A stretch of DNA of 64,000 bases from a virus: IMG/VR virus record IMGVR_UViG_3300020183_000012, positions 32,001 to 96,000 of that record; one strand, 5' to 3'. The notes beneath the pieces were generated by a model. It searched no databases. It was given only the letters and a program-made list of their open reading frames with translations, and was not told the DNA's origin. The position numbers and the translations under genes were made by a program. Positions 1 through 9,289 of this stretch are shown in pieces; the stretch's first letter is position 1; every line of letters starts with the position of its first letter.

Positions 1-17
1 CTTCCTCAGACGAGCAA

Positions 18-935
18 ATGAAGCAAAGATTAAGGGTCGCAATAGATGCAATACGTAATCAAATGGTTAGCGGGATAGACCCGAATCAGCAAGATAAACA
101 AAAATTAGAAAAGCTTAAGGCAAATCTTGCTGAAATAGAAAAGCAGATTTCTTCAATATCGGATAGAAAATCAGAAGACAAATCTCCTCAATTAAATAGG
201 CCTCATTTGTCTCAGTTTAAGTCAAGAATAGAAAATAGATTCGAAGACTGGCTAGAAATATTTTACAATGAGATATTTAGATATTGCAATAACCTTGAGA
301 TCAAAGCTCTTTATCTGGTAGGTGCTTCAACTTTGCATAAGTTGTGGACAGGGTGGTCAACTCAAGAAACTTTTGAGATGTTTAAGAAGGTTTATGACGA
401 TCAGGCTTTGAAACATCAAATGGAGAAAGTAAAATTTAACAATAGTGTATGGTGGAAATTAGATTTAGGAAATAGAATGCCAAAATACGCAAAATCATGG
501 TATAAAACAATAAAACTTGCTCAAAATGACTTTTCTAATGTCAATATATCTGATTTACTTGATCAGTTCAGAAGAGGAGCAATAAGTCAAAGTGATCTTG
601 AACAAAAGATAAGAGAGAGGTATGCTGAATTTATAAAAAGCGGGCCTGTTAACAAAAATATATATGTTGAAAAGCTGAAGGCTTTTTTTAAGACACACTC
701 CCAAATTATGGGAGGATCTGAAGAATTTGACTCTGCAGATGATGACTCTGCAGATGGTGAATACTCTAAGTTGGAGAGAATTAGATCTGCAATATCTGCT
801 TTTATGAGCACGACGGGAAAAGAATATATGGATGAAAACGGAGAGGAACTAAAGGAGCCATTCAAGTCAATACTCCATAGATTCCTTATCCAAAATTATA
901 ATTATGATTTAGAGCTAGATGAGCTTATAGATTAA
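18..935 (+). CDS. Hypothetical phage protein (possibly the 3' part of a longer gene)
   Basis: 305-aa ORF at the window edge; internal SWYKTIKLAQ resembles the N-terminal motif of other left-arm proteins. Confidence 0.7.
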   Translation: MKQRLRVAIDAIRNQMVSGIDPNQQDKQKLEKLKANLAEIEKQISSISDRKSEDKSPQLNRPHLSQFKSRIENRFEDWLEIFYNEIFRYCNNLEIKALYLVGASTLHKLWTGWSTQETFEMFKKVYDDQALKHQMEKVKFNNSVWWKLDLGNRMPKYAKSWYKTIKLAQNDFSNVNISDLLDQFRRGAISQSDLEQKIRERYAEFIKSGPVNKNIYVEKLKAFFKTHSQIMGGSEEFDSADDDSADGEYSKLERIRSAISAFMSTTGKEYMDENGEELKEPFKSILHRFLIQNYNYDLELDELID

Positions 936-1267
936 AATTTGTCTATAAGATCTCTTTGTATTCTTGTTCGGTAGAACCATGGAGTTGACATAACTTCACG
1001 TACAGAAGAAAAATTCTTTTCTATTTCTTTAATTTGCATCCTTAAAGAATCATTACTGTTCTCAAGATCTTTTATCTTTTCTCCATATTCTTTTTCCAAT
1101 GCTTGTCTCGCACTATCTTTTGTTTCTTGTAGCTCTTTTTCTAGTTTGTTTATTTTGTCTAGGGATTCAGTCAGCAGTTTGCGACAATTGTCATTTATGC
1201 CGCTCCATGAATTTTCTATAAGTTTTTCTAATTCGCTTTTTACGGAATCTTTTTTTGTCTTCTTCAT
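932..1267 (-). CDS. Hypothetical coiled-coil protein
   Basis: 111-aa ORF, charged helical composition; overlaps neighbours by 4 nt. Confidence 0.65.
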   Translation of the reverse strand: MKKTKKDSVKSELEKLIENSWSGINDNCRKLLTESLDKINKLEKELQETKDSARQALEKEYGEKIKDLENSNDSLRMQIKEIEKNFSSVREVMSTPWFYRTRIQRDLIDKF

Positions 1268-1497
1268 TCTGAAATTTCCATTTCTTTTTTGATAAAAATC
1301 ATGGCATGTTTTATCTCGTCTAGTTCTTGGAGAGCTTTTCCATATACGGTGTCTCCTGGAGTCATTTTGTGTTCATCTTCATCATTAAATTTATTTGATT
1401 CTATAATGGAATATTTTTTTAATAGGTTTCTTACCTCATTGCTAAATAAGTTGCTTATACCTTCTGGTAGTGACTGATCTCTCATTGATTTCTCCAT
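1264..1497 (-). CDS. Hypothetical protein
   Basis: 77-aa ORF coupled to flanking minus-strand ORFs. Confidence 0.55.
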   Translation of the reverse strand: MEKSMRDQSLPEGISNLFSNEVRNLLKKYSIIESNKFNDEDEHKMTPGDTVYGKALQELDEIKHAMIFIKKEMEISE

Positions 1498-1733
1498 TTA
1501 TTAATAAGTAATAGTGTTGTTATTGAAAGAAGGGACAAAAGAAATATGCATAAGAATTTATATATATATAATTTTTTGTTTATTTTTTTTATTGCCGCTT
1601 CTTTTCTTATGATTATATCCGCTGCCTCACTGTATATTGTCGGATATTCTCTTTCGATTTCTGAATTTTCTTTAATTATATTTGATATCATTTTATGTTT
1701 TTTGTTTAATTTGTTTATTATTTCAGTGTTCAT
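1482..1733 (-). CDS. Hypothetical protein with C-terminal TM helix
   Basis: 83 aa; hydrophobic FLCIFLLSLLSITTLLLI. Confidence 0.5.
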   Translation of the reverse strand: MNTEIINKLNKKHKMISNIIKENSEIEREYPTIYSEAADIIIRKEAAIKKINKKLYIYKFLCIFLLSLLSITTLLLINKWRNQ

Positions 1734-1835
1734 AAATATATATCGTCTTTGATCTTATGATATTTGACGATAAAAATCCGCAGGATTAATTATCAATATT
1801 CAATAATATACATTGTAATTTAGGAGATATCCATA

Positions 1836-3491
1836 ATGGGCAAATTTAATTTTAAAAAATATTCTAGTTTCGTTTCTCAACAGGAAAATTCACTTATTAA
1901 AGTCGCTGCTGTTGAAGATTATTTTATAAAAAATTTAGAGGTTCCCGGTACTGGCAAGACATTTAAAGAACTTTTTCAGGAAAAAGTACCTAATGAAACA
2001 GAGGAACAAAGAAACCTCAGGATGGATGGGCTTAAAAATAATGTCTCAGTTATAAAGAATAACAAAATATTTATAAGAGCTTTGACTGTAGCGGAACAAG
2101 AGTTAAAAGGTCAGTCTGGAAATATCTATAGACACATACAGGACATAAATAATAAATTATTTTCCATGGCTATGGAAAAATATTTTGTTGATTTTGAAAA
2201 TGGCGCTATGAAAATGAAGTTTGACAATAATTGGTCTTCTCAGCAACAAAATTCAGCTATTTTAGAATGGAAGAATGGTCTTACTGAGGGTATGCGAGGT
2301 GGTGGCTTTGCAGGAAGAGGAGACTTTGTTTATTTGCTTGTTAGGTCAATGATTGGAGCCGTAAAAGGAAAAGAACAGTGGTATATTAAGGATGTTAGAA
2401 AATTTGATATGGGCAGAGTTGAGCTTTTTTTCCATGAGTGTGAAAATGACACATCTAAACTTAATAAATTCTCTAATTATGAGCAGTCCGGTGCTCAAGC
2501 GGTAGAAGGAGTTGTGCATTCTGATGAGATTCAAAATGAATCCGGTGGTATTTGTGGTTTTGTGAAAACTTCGTCCCCTGGCTGGTTTTATTTGTATGGC
2601 AAAGCAAGTAATCGTTGGTGCAACGAAAAATTTACAAAAGAAAATGGGCCTTTTCAGGGAGCTGAAAACCAGTCTTCTAAAAATCATGCACTTCTGTTTG
2701 CTGCCAGTCAAAGTACTGGATGGTGCACGGGTAACACATCAGCAGAACACTATTTATCTTTATCAATAAAATTTTATTTGTATTTTCCTCAGGGCCAAGC
2801 TTTAGATCAGTCTGGTCGTGTGAATCAGGCAGTTGTTGCTATAGTTCAGAAACCAAACGGTTCTTATCAAGAATGTGTGGGTCATCAAAATTCTCCTCCA
2901 TGGGGTTATTTATCTCAAATTATTGATATTATGAGCAAAGATAACATAAAAGTTGAACCAGGATCAAAGTTTGGATACAGCGGCGGTGTAAATGGAGATG
3001 CGCCTTTCCAATGGTATAGAGACAACAAAGATAAAAGCCCTGGAGAAATATTTCCCAAAGTAGATTTTGTTTTAGATGCAGTTAAAAAGAAGATTGACTC
3101 ATTTGACAATATAGTAGATCTTGCTTCTTCAGTAACATCTGGAGGATTTAAAGAAGATATTGTTAGAAGTAAAAGTGGAATGGAGTCAGCTGCAACTATT
3201 GGTATAATTCCAGAAATTCTAAAAAAACCTGGTGCAAAAGAAGATTATGCAGCTAGAGTTGAGTCTTATATCGAGGACATTGACCCAAAACTTCATGGTA
3301 TTTTTAAAGATATATTAAGTAATATTTTTCCAGGTCTTGGTTCAATGTCGTCTGCAAAAGACAAGATTACTCAAAATTTTAGATCTTTGATTACTCAAAA
3401 GATACTTCCAGCAGAAGAGGAAGAATTGCTTTTTAGAGATGATAAAGAATCTACTCTTCGAGAGATAGTGGATCATTTTATATATAAGTGA
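1836..3491 (+). CDS. Large hypothetical phage protein with GWCT motif
   Basis: 551 aa; SD GGAGA upstream; ASQSTGWCT..AEHYL..FYLYF motif; N-terminal KFNFKKY..KVAA. Confidence 0.75.
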   Translation: MGKFNFKKYSSFVSQQENSLIKVAAVEDYFIKNLEVPGTGKTFKELFQEKVPNETEEQRNLRMDGLKNNVSVIKNNKIFIRALTVAEQELKGQSGNIYRHIQDINNKLFSMAMEKYFVDFENGAMKMKFDNNWSSQQQNSAILEWKNGLTEGMRGGGFAGRGDFVYLLVRSMIGAVKGKEQWYIKDVRKFDMGRVELFFHECENDTSKLNKFSNYEQSGAQAVEGVVHSDEIQNESGGICGFVKTSSPGWFYLYGKASNRWCNEKFTKENGPFQGAENQSSKNHALLFAASQSTGWCTGNTSAEHYLSLSIKFYLYFPQGQALDQSGRVNQAVVAIVQKPNGSYQECVGHQNSPPWGYLSQIIDIMSKDNIKVEPGSKFGYSGGVNGDAPFQWYRDNKDKSPGEIFPKVDFVLDAVKKKIDSFDNIVDLASSVTSGGFKEDIVRSKSGMESAATIGIIPEILKKPGAKEDYAARVESYIEDIDPKLHGIFKDILSNIFPGLGSMSSAKDKITQNFRSLITQKILPAEEEELLFRDDKESTLREIVDHFIYK

Positions 3492-3566
3492 TTATTCATC
3501 TACCTAGAATATTTATACGATAGTTTGGCAAATAATGTTATCGTGCCACTAAGAATAACTGAAAAG

Positions 3567-4706
3567 CTAGTAGTCGATTCCAATTGCCCATCCATCGCTA
3601 AACCTTCCAGCTGTGATTGGATTTCCACCTATGTATATTTTTGCGGTTTCCAATGGAGATCCAGATTTTTCTAAAACTAATATTCTATTTGAGTTGTCTA
3701 GATCTATAAAAAGATTTCCAAAAAGAATCTTTTTTTCAGTGTCTGGAGAAGCTGAATTGAATGTTGTTGGTTCTTTTGCTGTATTTAAATAATAGTCAGT
3801 GTTGTTTGTTGTGCTTGTTTGTATGGGTATGCCTTTATATGTAGTTCTTATCCCTTGTCTTGATATATCATTGCTTTGTGAATTTTTATACACATGTATA
3901 GCCCTAAAATTATTGTACATTGAAGTAAGTATTGGCACTCCCGAGATAAAAGTTGGCGCATCCTCTGTTGGGCTTCCACTTACAGTCCTTATTATAGGCA
4001 TATGGTTGTCTTCTTGATTTTTGGCAAACTTTATTTGTCCTAGTCCTCCAAAATTCGATATCTCTTCTGTTGCTCCATCTAGTGTATTGTTTATTTCATA
4101 GCTATAGGATATGTATGGACTCAAGGTTGACGATGCGGATTCCAATGAGTGTATGCTTCTTAGATTTGTCGATTGCACTTCTGATCTTTTTACTAAAAAA
4201 AACTGTATGTAGTTGCCGTAAACTTCTCTGTTTTGACAGTATTCATTGAATTTTGAAAGTACAGATGAAGATGTTGTAGTGTTTGTCACAGCAGATAATA
4301 TTAAATCTCCTATGTCTGTTCCATTTAGAAGTTGATCGGCGTTGCCAATACCTCCAGACCATCCTACTCCAGCACATTCTCCTATTATTTCAGGGTCCGC
4401 CAGCGTACACACAGATGTCATTGATGTGTAGCTTAATTCTGCCTGATTGTACTCCCATATGTACAAATCAGTTGTCATTTGTGTGCCTGTTCCAGAAGTT
4501 GTTACATTTAATGAAGCCGATGTTACAGTTGCATATTTTGGCACAGAACTTATATCAAATTTGAAAAATGGTCTTCTGTAAGTGGTAGAACCCTTATTAA
4601 AACCATATCCTACGAGTAAAGTAATGGAAGTATTTCCTACCGGTGCAATAGCAAGTCCATCTAAAAAGGCATCATCATAGGCATAAAGATTAGGAGCAGT
4701 TGGCAT
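3567..4706 (-). CDS. Putative virion/tail-associated protein with DNRLRE-like beta domain
   Basis: 379 aa, S/T/G-rich; RRPFFKFDISSVPKYATVTSASLNV resembles DNRLRE-type domains. Confidence 0.55.
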   Translation of the reverse strand: MPTAPNLYAYDDAFLDGLAIAPVGNTSITLLVGYGFNKGSTTYRRPFFKFDISSVPKYATVTSASLNVTTSGTGTQMTTDLYIWEYNQAELSYTSMTSVCTLADPEIIGECAGVGWSGGIGNADQLLNGTDIGDLILSAVTNTTTSSSVLSKFNEYCQNREVYGNYIQFFLVKRSEVQSTNLRSIHSLESASSTLSPYISYSYEINNTLDGATEEISNFGGLGQIKFAKNQEDNHMPIIRTVSGSPTEDAPTFISGVPILTSMYNNFRAIHVYKNSQSNDISRQGIRTTYKGIPIQTSTTNNTDYYLNTAKEPTTFNSASPDTEKKILFGNLFIDLDNSNRILVLEKSGSPLETAKIYIGGNPITAGRFSDGWAIGIDY

Positions 4707-5242
4707 TACTTTTTCTTTTTCTTACTTGATGTTGTTCTCCATCCTCCGCCATGCTGCTTGTACCATCTTGCAGCCCAGCCATTTGCGTAGGCACTAGGAT
4801 ATACATCAAACTTTTTTCTGGCAAGAGACTTTGCTCTTGACCACAAAGATGGATTTGTTGGTTTTGCTTTTTGCTTACCCCTTGGTTTTTTTGATCCCTT
4901 TTTTGCTGCTTCTTTTTCCATAAAGGACTCGTAATTAAGAGCGTATTTCTCTACATCGTGCATAGGAGTTTTTGTATACATGTCATGGTATGGACAGTAG
5001 TACTCTCCTTGTTTAGGATCATAGTAATAAGCCATTCCGCTTTTTCCCACGAATGGGCCCTCAAGTCCTGACCTTGGTCTGAATTCTTGGCCTTTGGAAT
5101 CAATTACAAGTTTCGGATTTCCTTGTGAGTCAAATTGTCCCATTTCTTTTTTGGGGTCTTCAGTTTGGGCGGTCTTTTTCATTCCGCCCATTTTTTCCAT
5201 AAAAGATTTCCAATTTATTAGGTTTGGTGTGTTATTTTGCAT
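4706..5242 (-). CDS. DUF5872-like basic phage protein
   Basis: C-terminal NPSLWSRAKSLARKKFDVYPSAYANGWAARWYKQHGGGWR; central GLEGPF..YYYDPKQGEYY. Confidence 0.65.
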   Translation of the reverse strand: MQNNTPNLINWKSFMEKMGGMKKTAQTEDPKKEMGQFDSQGNPKLVIDSKGQEFRPRSGLEGPFVGKSGMAYYYDPKQGEYYCPYHDMYTKTPMHDVEKYALNYESFMEKEAAKKGSKKPRGKQKAKPTNPSLWSRAKSLARKKFDVYPSAYANGWAARWYKQHGGGWRTTSSKKKKK

Positions 5243-5251
5243 TTTTTCCTT

Positions 5252-5548
5252 TTATTTTTTCTTTTTCTTTGTAAACGTTCTGACAAAATTAGGAGATCTT
5301 GCCTTACCGGAATTATCTGATTTATTTTCGACTTTTCTTTTTCTGGAGCATGCAGATTGCCTTTGGCTTTCCGACATGGACTTTGCACTGGATCTCGGTC
5401 TGCATTTTGGGTAAGCTCCTGAGTCAGCGTTAGATCTTCCACACGGAGGGAATGAGCCGTCTTTGTTTTTGCGGCATATGTTCACCCAGTCTCCTTTTTT
5501 TCCCTTGCCAAACCATTCATTTAAAGATGCTGTTTTGTACCAGTTCAT
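5252..5548 (-). CDS. Small basic Cys-containing phage protein (DUF5872-associated type)
   Basis: LNEWF..DWVNI..PPCGR..YPKCRP motif; starts MNWYKTAS. Confidence 0.7.
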   Translation of the reverse strand: MNWYKTASLNEWFGKGKKGDWVNICRKNKDGSFPPCGRSNADSGAYPKCRPRSSAKSMSESQRQSACSRKRKVENKSDNSGKARSPNFVRTFTKKKKK

Positions 5549-5731
5549 AATATTTAATTATTAATCCTAGGGAAATATCCTGTATTGCTATTTTTATTTT
5601 TTAAAGAGAGGATATGCTGGCTAAAATAAAATAATCAAAACATTAGAGTAGTTTGGAATATAGACGATATAGACTCGGATCTTGTTCGTATGATGAATGT
5701 GAATGATTTTCAAATTGACAAGTTAATACAA

Positions 5732-6097
5732 GGGCTCGAAAAGGTATCGATTGGAGGTTGAAACTTAAGATTGCACGCCGTGGTTGGTCGAATGGCCACG
5801 AAAAAAATCGATCAAAAAGTAACTGACAACTATCAGTTCAATTCATACAGAATTGGGTTTACCCAGTTCCGTCTCGCAGCCTAATTCGCTGCAAAGCATC
5901 TCCTGACTCCTGCTGGTGGCAGATGCACATAATAGCAGGATATTCAAACGAGTGTGTTACGAGCGAGTTTGAAGAAATATTCGTAAGAGCTGCCCGTATC
6001 TTGCTTGTGAGTATCGGGTTGCATTAATCACAGGATAAGCGTGTAGACATCTGAGCGTATGCCTAACAACACGGGGGTTCGACTCCCCCCGAGTCCA
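5732..6097 (+). ncRNA. ssrA: tmRNA (SsrA), tag (A)DNYQFNSYRIGFTQFRLAA
   Basis: GGGCTCG/CGAGTCC-A acceptor stem with G3.U wobble; T-arm GGGGGTTCGACTCCCCC; TAACT before resume codon GAC at 5825; tag ORF 5825-5884 ends LAA-TAA. Confidence 0.93.
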
Positions 6098-6100
6098 CAT

Positions 6101-6172
6101 GAGGATGTAACTCAATGGCAGAGTTCTACCCTTCCAAGGTAGATGTTGCGGGTTCGACTCCCGTCATCCTCT
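6101..6172 (+). tRNA. tRNA-Gly(TCC)
   Basis: Cloverleaf; anticodon arm CTACC-CTTCCAA-GGTAG. Confidence 0.93.
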
Positions 6173-6175
6173 TTT

Positions 6176-6272
6176 GCGTAGTTAAGTATCACGTCTACTT
6201 CCGTGAAGACTTATATGGATTAGGCTTTCTAGAGGCTGGAATTGAGAATGGGTGCAAGTCCCTCGCTACGCT
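6176..6272 (+). ncRNA. tRNA-like element (non-canonical)
   Basis: GCGTAGT/GCTACGC 7-bp acceptor-like stem and degenerate T-arm GGG-TGCAAGT-CCC between two tRNAs; interior does not fold as a standard cloverleaf. Confidence 0.3.
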
Positions 6273-6276
6273 TTTC

Positions 6277-6349
6277 GCTCCCTTAACTCAGCGGCTAGAG
6301 TGTCGCCTTTACACGGCGGAAGTCACTGGTTCGAATCCAGTAGGGTGCA
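6277..6349 (+). tRNA. tRNA-Val(TAC)
   Basis: Anticodon arm TCGCC-TTTACAC-GGCGG; T-loop TTCGAAT. Confidence 0.92.
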
Positions 6350-6351
6350 TT

Positions 6352-6423
6352 GCCACTTTAGCTCAACGGCAGAGCAGTGCTTTTGTAAAGCACAGGTTGC
6401 GGGTTCGAATCCAGTAAGTGGCT
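6352..6423 (+). tRNA. tRNA-Thr(TGT)
   Basis: GCCACTT/AAGTGGC acceptor; GTGCT-TTTGTAA-AGCAC. Confidence 0.92.
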
Positions 6424-6426
6424 TTT

Positions 6427-6499
6427 GGTCGGGTACTCAAATGGCTAAGAGAATGGATTGCAAATCCATTATGTGCTGGTTCGAATCCAGTCCCGATCT
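6427..6499 (+). tRNA. tRNA-Cys(GCA)
   Basis: ATGGA-TTGCAAA-TCCAT anticodon arm; U73. Confidence 0.92.
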
Positions 6500-6503
6500 T
6501 TAG

Positions 6504-6586
<83 letters not shown>

Positions 6587-6605
6587 TTGCCGATATATGA
6601 TAGAT

Positions 6606-6678
6606 TCCTCTGTAGCTCAGCTGGTAGAGCAGGGAGCTGTTAACTCCCGGGTCACTGGTTCAAATCCAGTCGGAGGAG
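6606..6678 (+). tRNA. tRNA-Asn(GTT)
   Basis: TCCTCTG/CGGAGGA acceptor; GGGAG-CTGTTAA-CTCCC. Confidence 0.93.
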
Positions 6679-6682
6679 TTTT

Positions 6683-6755
6683 GGCACTGTAGCCCAATGG
6701 CAGAGGCGTTTGATTCAAAATCAAAATAGTGTCGGTTCGAGTCCGACCAGTGCTA
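6683..6755 (+). tRNA. tRNA-Leu(CAA), short variable arm
   Basis: TTTGA-TTCAAAA-TCAAA; A73; variable region only 5 nt. Confidence 0.85.
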
Positions 6756-6799
6756 CTAAAATGCCGATATAGATTGGTGTATAACGTGTTGAGGACAAT

Positions 6800-7165
6800 A
6801 TGAGTGATAGAATTAAACTTTACAATTGGGATCTTTTAACGGCCATAAGGCCAAGGAGAATAAAAATGTTTAGATCTTTAAATTATATTGAGCTGTCTGT
6901 TGGTCTTGCGGTTATTTCGCTTGTTGCTTGGTTTTCAACTGGTAATGCTGAGGTATTTTTAACTATTTTTGGACTTGCCTATTTTCTTTCTATGGCTCAC
7001 GCTTGGAAGGTTTCAATGGATAGTGTCAAGGATTCCAATCACAGAGATCATTCCGAAGTAATTAATAGGTTATGGGATCTTGAAGATAAGTACGAAAAGT
7101 GCTCAGGCAGTAAATGCATGGAGACTAGAGAGAAAGTTACTATCACAAGCAAGGCAGATTTCTGA
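6800..7165 (+). CDS. Hypothetical membrane protein (2 TM)
   Basis: 121 aa; SD GAGGA; two hydrophobic segments. Confidence 0.65.
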   Translation: MSDRIKLYNWDLLTAIRPRRIKMFRSLNYIELSVGLAVISLVAWFSTGNAEVFLTIFGLAYFLSMAHAWKVSMDSVKDSNHRDHSEVINRLWDLEDKYEKCSGSKCMETREKVTITSKADF

Positions 7166-7168
7166 AAA

Positions 7169-7621
7169 ATGGAAGAAATCATTTCTGAAGGTCTTACGAT
7201 AAGATCTGAGGATGCATGTGAAGGAGCATCCGTCAACGATGTAGAGGAGATAATCGGTGACGGATGCTTTCTTCATATGCATTTTGTTTCAGATCAACAG
7301 ATAGATATGGTTCTTGCTGATTCTGCAAATACAAATCAGTATTCTTTTTCAATAAAACCAAAATTTGACGAAGATAAATGTAGAATATTTTTGTCATGTG
7401 ACGGTTCTGTCGATAAGTCTTGTGATCATTTGATAAGAGAAATAGGAAAAGATGTAATAGAAGAGAATAAGTCATTGAAAAAAAGAATTGAGTATCTTGA
7501 AAAAAGCATGAAAAGCATAGATATTGAATTGAGGCTTGAGCGTGCAACAAAAACACTTAAAATTAATGAGCTTCTTGACAAGATAAATTCGCTTGAGAAA
7601 CATAAGATTGTAAACAGTTAA
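7169..7621 (+). CDS. Hypothetical protein with C-terminal coiled coil
   Basis: 150-aa ORF directly downstream of the previous gene. Confidence 0.65.
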   Translation: MEEIISEGLTIRSEDACEGASVNDVEEIIGDGCFLHMHFVSDQQIDMVLADSANTNQYSFSIKPKFDEDKCRIFLSCDGSVDKSCDHLIREIGKDVIEENKSLKKRIEYLEKSMKSIDIELRLERATKTLKINELLDKINSLEKHKIVNS

Positions 7622-7624
7622 AAA

Positions 7625-7714
7625 GGATAGATGGCCGAGTGGTTTAAGGCTGCGGTTTACTAAACCGCCGTAGGCTCCAGAAGCTTACCGGGGGTTCGAA
7701 TCCCTCTCTATCCG
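7625..7714 (+). tRNA. tRNA-Ser with unusual ACT anticodon
   Basis: GGATAGA/TCTATCC-G; GCGGT-TTACTAA-ACCGC; long variable arm; G73. Confidence 0.88.
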
Positions 7715-7719
7715 TTAAT

Positions 7720-7806
7720 GGACAGGTGTCCGAGTGGTTGAAGGAGCAGCATTGGAAATGCTGTTTACGGGAAACCGTAACGTGGGTTCGAATCCCACCT
7801 TGTCCG
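7720..7806 (+). tRNA. tRNA-Ser(GGA)
   Basis: CAGCA-TTGGAAA-TGCTG; long variable arm; G73. Confidence 0.93.
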
Positions 7807-7823
7807 TTTATTGGAGGTTTGAT

Positions 7824-8474
7824 ATGTCAGTTTATGAATCAGAAGAATGGAAATTACATCTTCAAAAATTTGTCAATCTAATTAAAAATGAAAGATTTGA
7901 CGTTGATTCATATATTATGGACATAGTAACATGGCTAAGCAATCCCAAATTAAAAAGATTTGAGCCTTATTGTGCTCTTTATAGAAATGCATTGGATGCT
8001 GACAAGGATGGCAAATTTGCTAAACCATCATTATGGGAAGATAGATTTATAAAGATAGAAAAGATACATGATGCTTGCATGTATTATGGTAGTCCGTGGG
8101 CTCGTGTAATTAGCTCTGAGACTATCGCTCACAGATGGTTTGATTTTGATTTTCATCTTGGTATGAGTGAATATAGAAATAAGTGGATTCTTGGATATGA
8201 TACTTCTTATGATATTTCATTGAAGCTTTTCCCATATGATAAGAGGTATTTAAAATTTTTAGACTCATCACTTTATTGGAAAGCAAATGCTTTTTATAAA
8301 ATTGGAGATCAAGAAAAAGCTAAGAAAATATTTTGTAAAATTGCAAATCGTGAGGGAAAGAGATATGGTCTGAGCGCTGCATTTTTGCGCAAAATAAAAG
8401 TTTCAGACGAAATATGTAGGGGTGTGAGAGATATATTTCATATAAATAAGGACGGTAATGATCATGAACTATGA
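7824..8474 (+). CDS. Hypothetical protein with C-terminal TPR-like repeat
   Basis: Start moved to ATG 7824 (SD GGAGG) because the track start overlaps tRNA-Ser; SLYWKANAFYKIGDQEKAKKIF is TPR-like. Confidence 0.65.
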   Translation: MSVYESEEWKLHLQKFVNLIKNERFDVDSYIMDIVTWLSNPKLKRFEPYCALYRNALDADKDGKFAKPSLWEDRFIKIEKIHDACMYYGSPWARVISSETIAHRWFDFDFHLGMSEYRNKWILGYDTSYDISLKLFPYDKRYLKFLDSSLYWKANAFYKIGDQEKAKKIFCKIANREGKRYGLSAAFLRKIKVSDEICRGVRDIFHINKDGNDHEL

Positions 8475-8652
8475 AGATTTTGATGACGATGATTTTTATA
8501 ATTTTTATTATGAAGAAAAGCGCAGCTTTGATGGTAGTAAAATTTTAAAATATTTTATACTATTTATGTATTTTGTTGGGATATTGTTTTTATTATATAT
8601 TGGTATTTTGGCTGCAGGATACCAGTTATCTTAATTCGTAATTATTTATACA

Positions 8653-9009
8653 ATGTATATTACACAATTGTTACAAATACACAATCAAATAAAGATACTT
8701 CACTGGCAGACATCTTCTTATGCAGAGCATAAAGCTCTTGGAAATCTTTACGGGGACATGGATGACCTTATTGATAATTTTGTAGAGGTCAGAAGTGGGC
8801 AATATGGAATAAGTAAAGCTAAAAATAATTTTAGTATTTCTATGGAAAACATAGAAAAATGCAATCCTAAAAAATGCATAGAAGAAGGCATATCAGTTCT
8901 TAAACAGATATATAATTCTGTATCAGAAGAAGATACAGAATTGAAGAACATACTGGATGAAATGATTGCTGCTATGAGAAAAACTAGATATCTTCTTGAG
9001 CTTAAATAG
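8653..9009 (+). CDS. Ferritin/Dps-like phage protein (DUF5856-type)
   Basis: QIKILHWQT.SYAEHKALG.LY..DDLIDNFVE..G.YG and ELKNILDEM..TRYLL. Confidence 0.8.
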   Translation: MYITQLLQIHNQIKILHWQTSSYAEHKALGNLYGDMDDLIDNFVEVRSGQYGISKAKNNFSISMENIEKCNPKKCIEEGISVLKQIYNSVSEEDTELKNILDEMIAAMRKTRYLLELK

Positions 9010-9220
9010 AGTCGTAACTATTGGGTTTTATTCCCCATTTTTTCAAATCTTTTTCATATTTTTGATTTGCGGAAAAAACTGTTGGAAAGTGCTTAACAAT
9101 GCGCCTAGCTTCTAGGCGTATTTTCTTTGGAACTCTAGGAGATTTCTTTGGGTCCATAAGATCATAAAGAAATCTTCTTGCCGAGTTTATGCTGTTATAC
9201 TCTTCATGTGGCATGGTCAT
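9002..9220 (-). CDS. Small conserved phage protein
   Basis: MTMPHE..ARRFLYDL.DPKKSPRVPKKIRLEARR..KHFP motif. Confidence 0.7.
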   Translation of the reverse strand: MTMPHEEYNSINSARRFLYDLMDPKKSPRVPKKIRLEARRIVKHFPTVFSANQKYEKDLKKWGIKPNSYDSI

Positions 9221-9289
9221 GTTGGTAGTCTCCAGATTTTTGACATCAGCAACTTTATATTGTATATCTTCCTAGTCAAATAAAATTTT

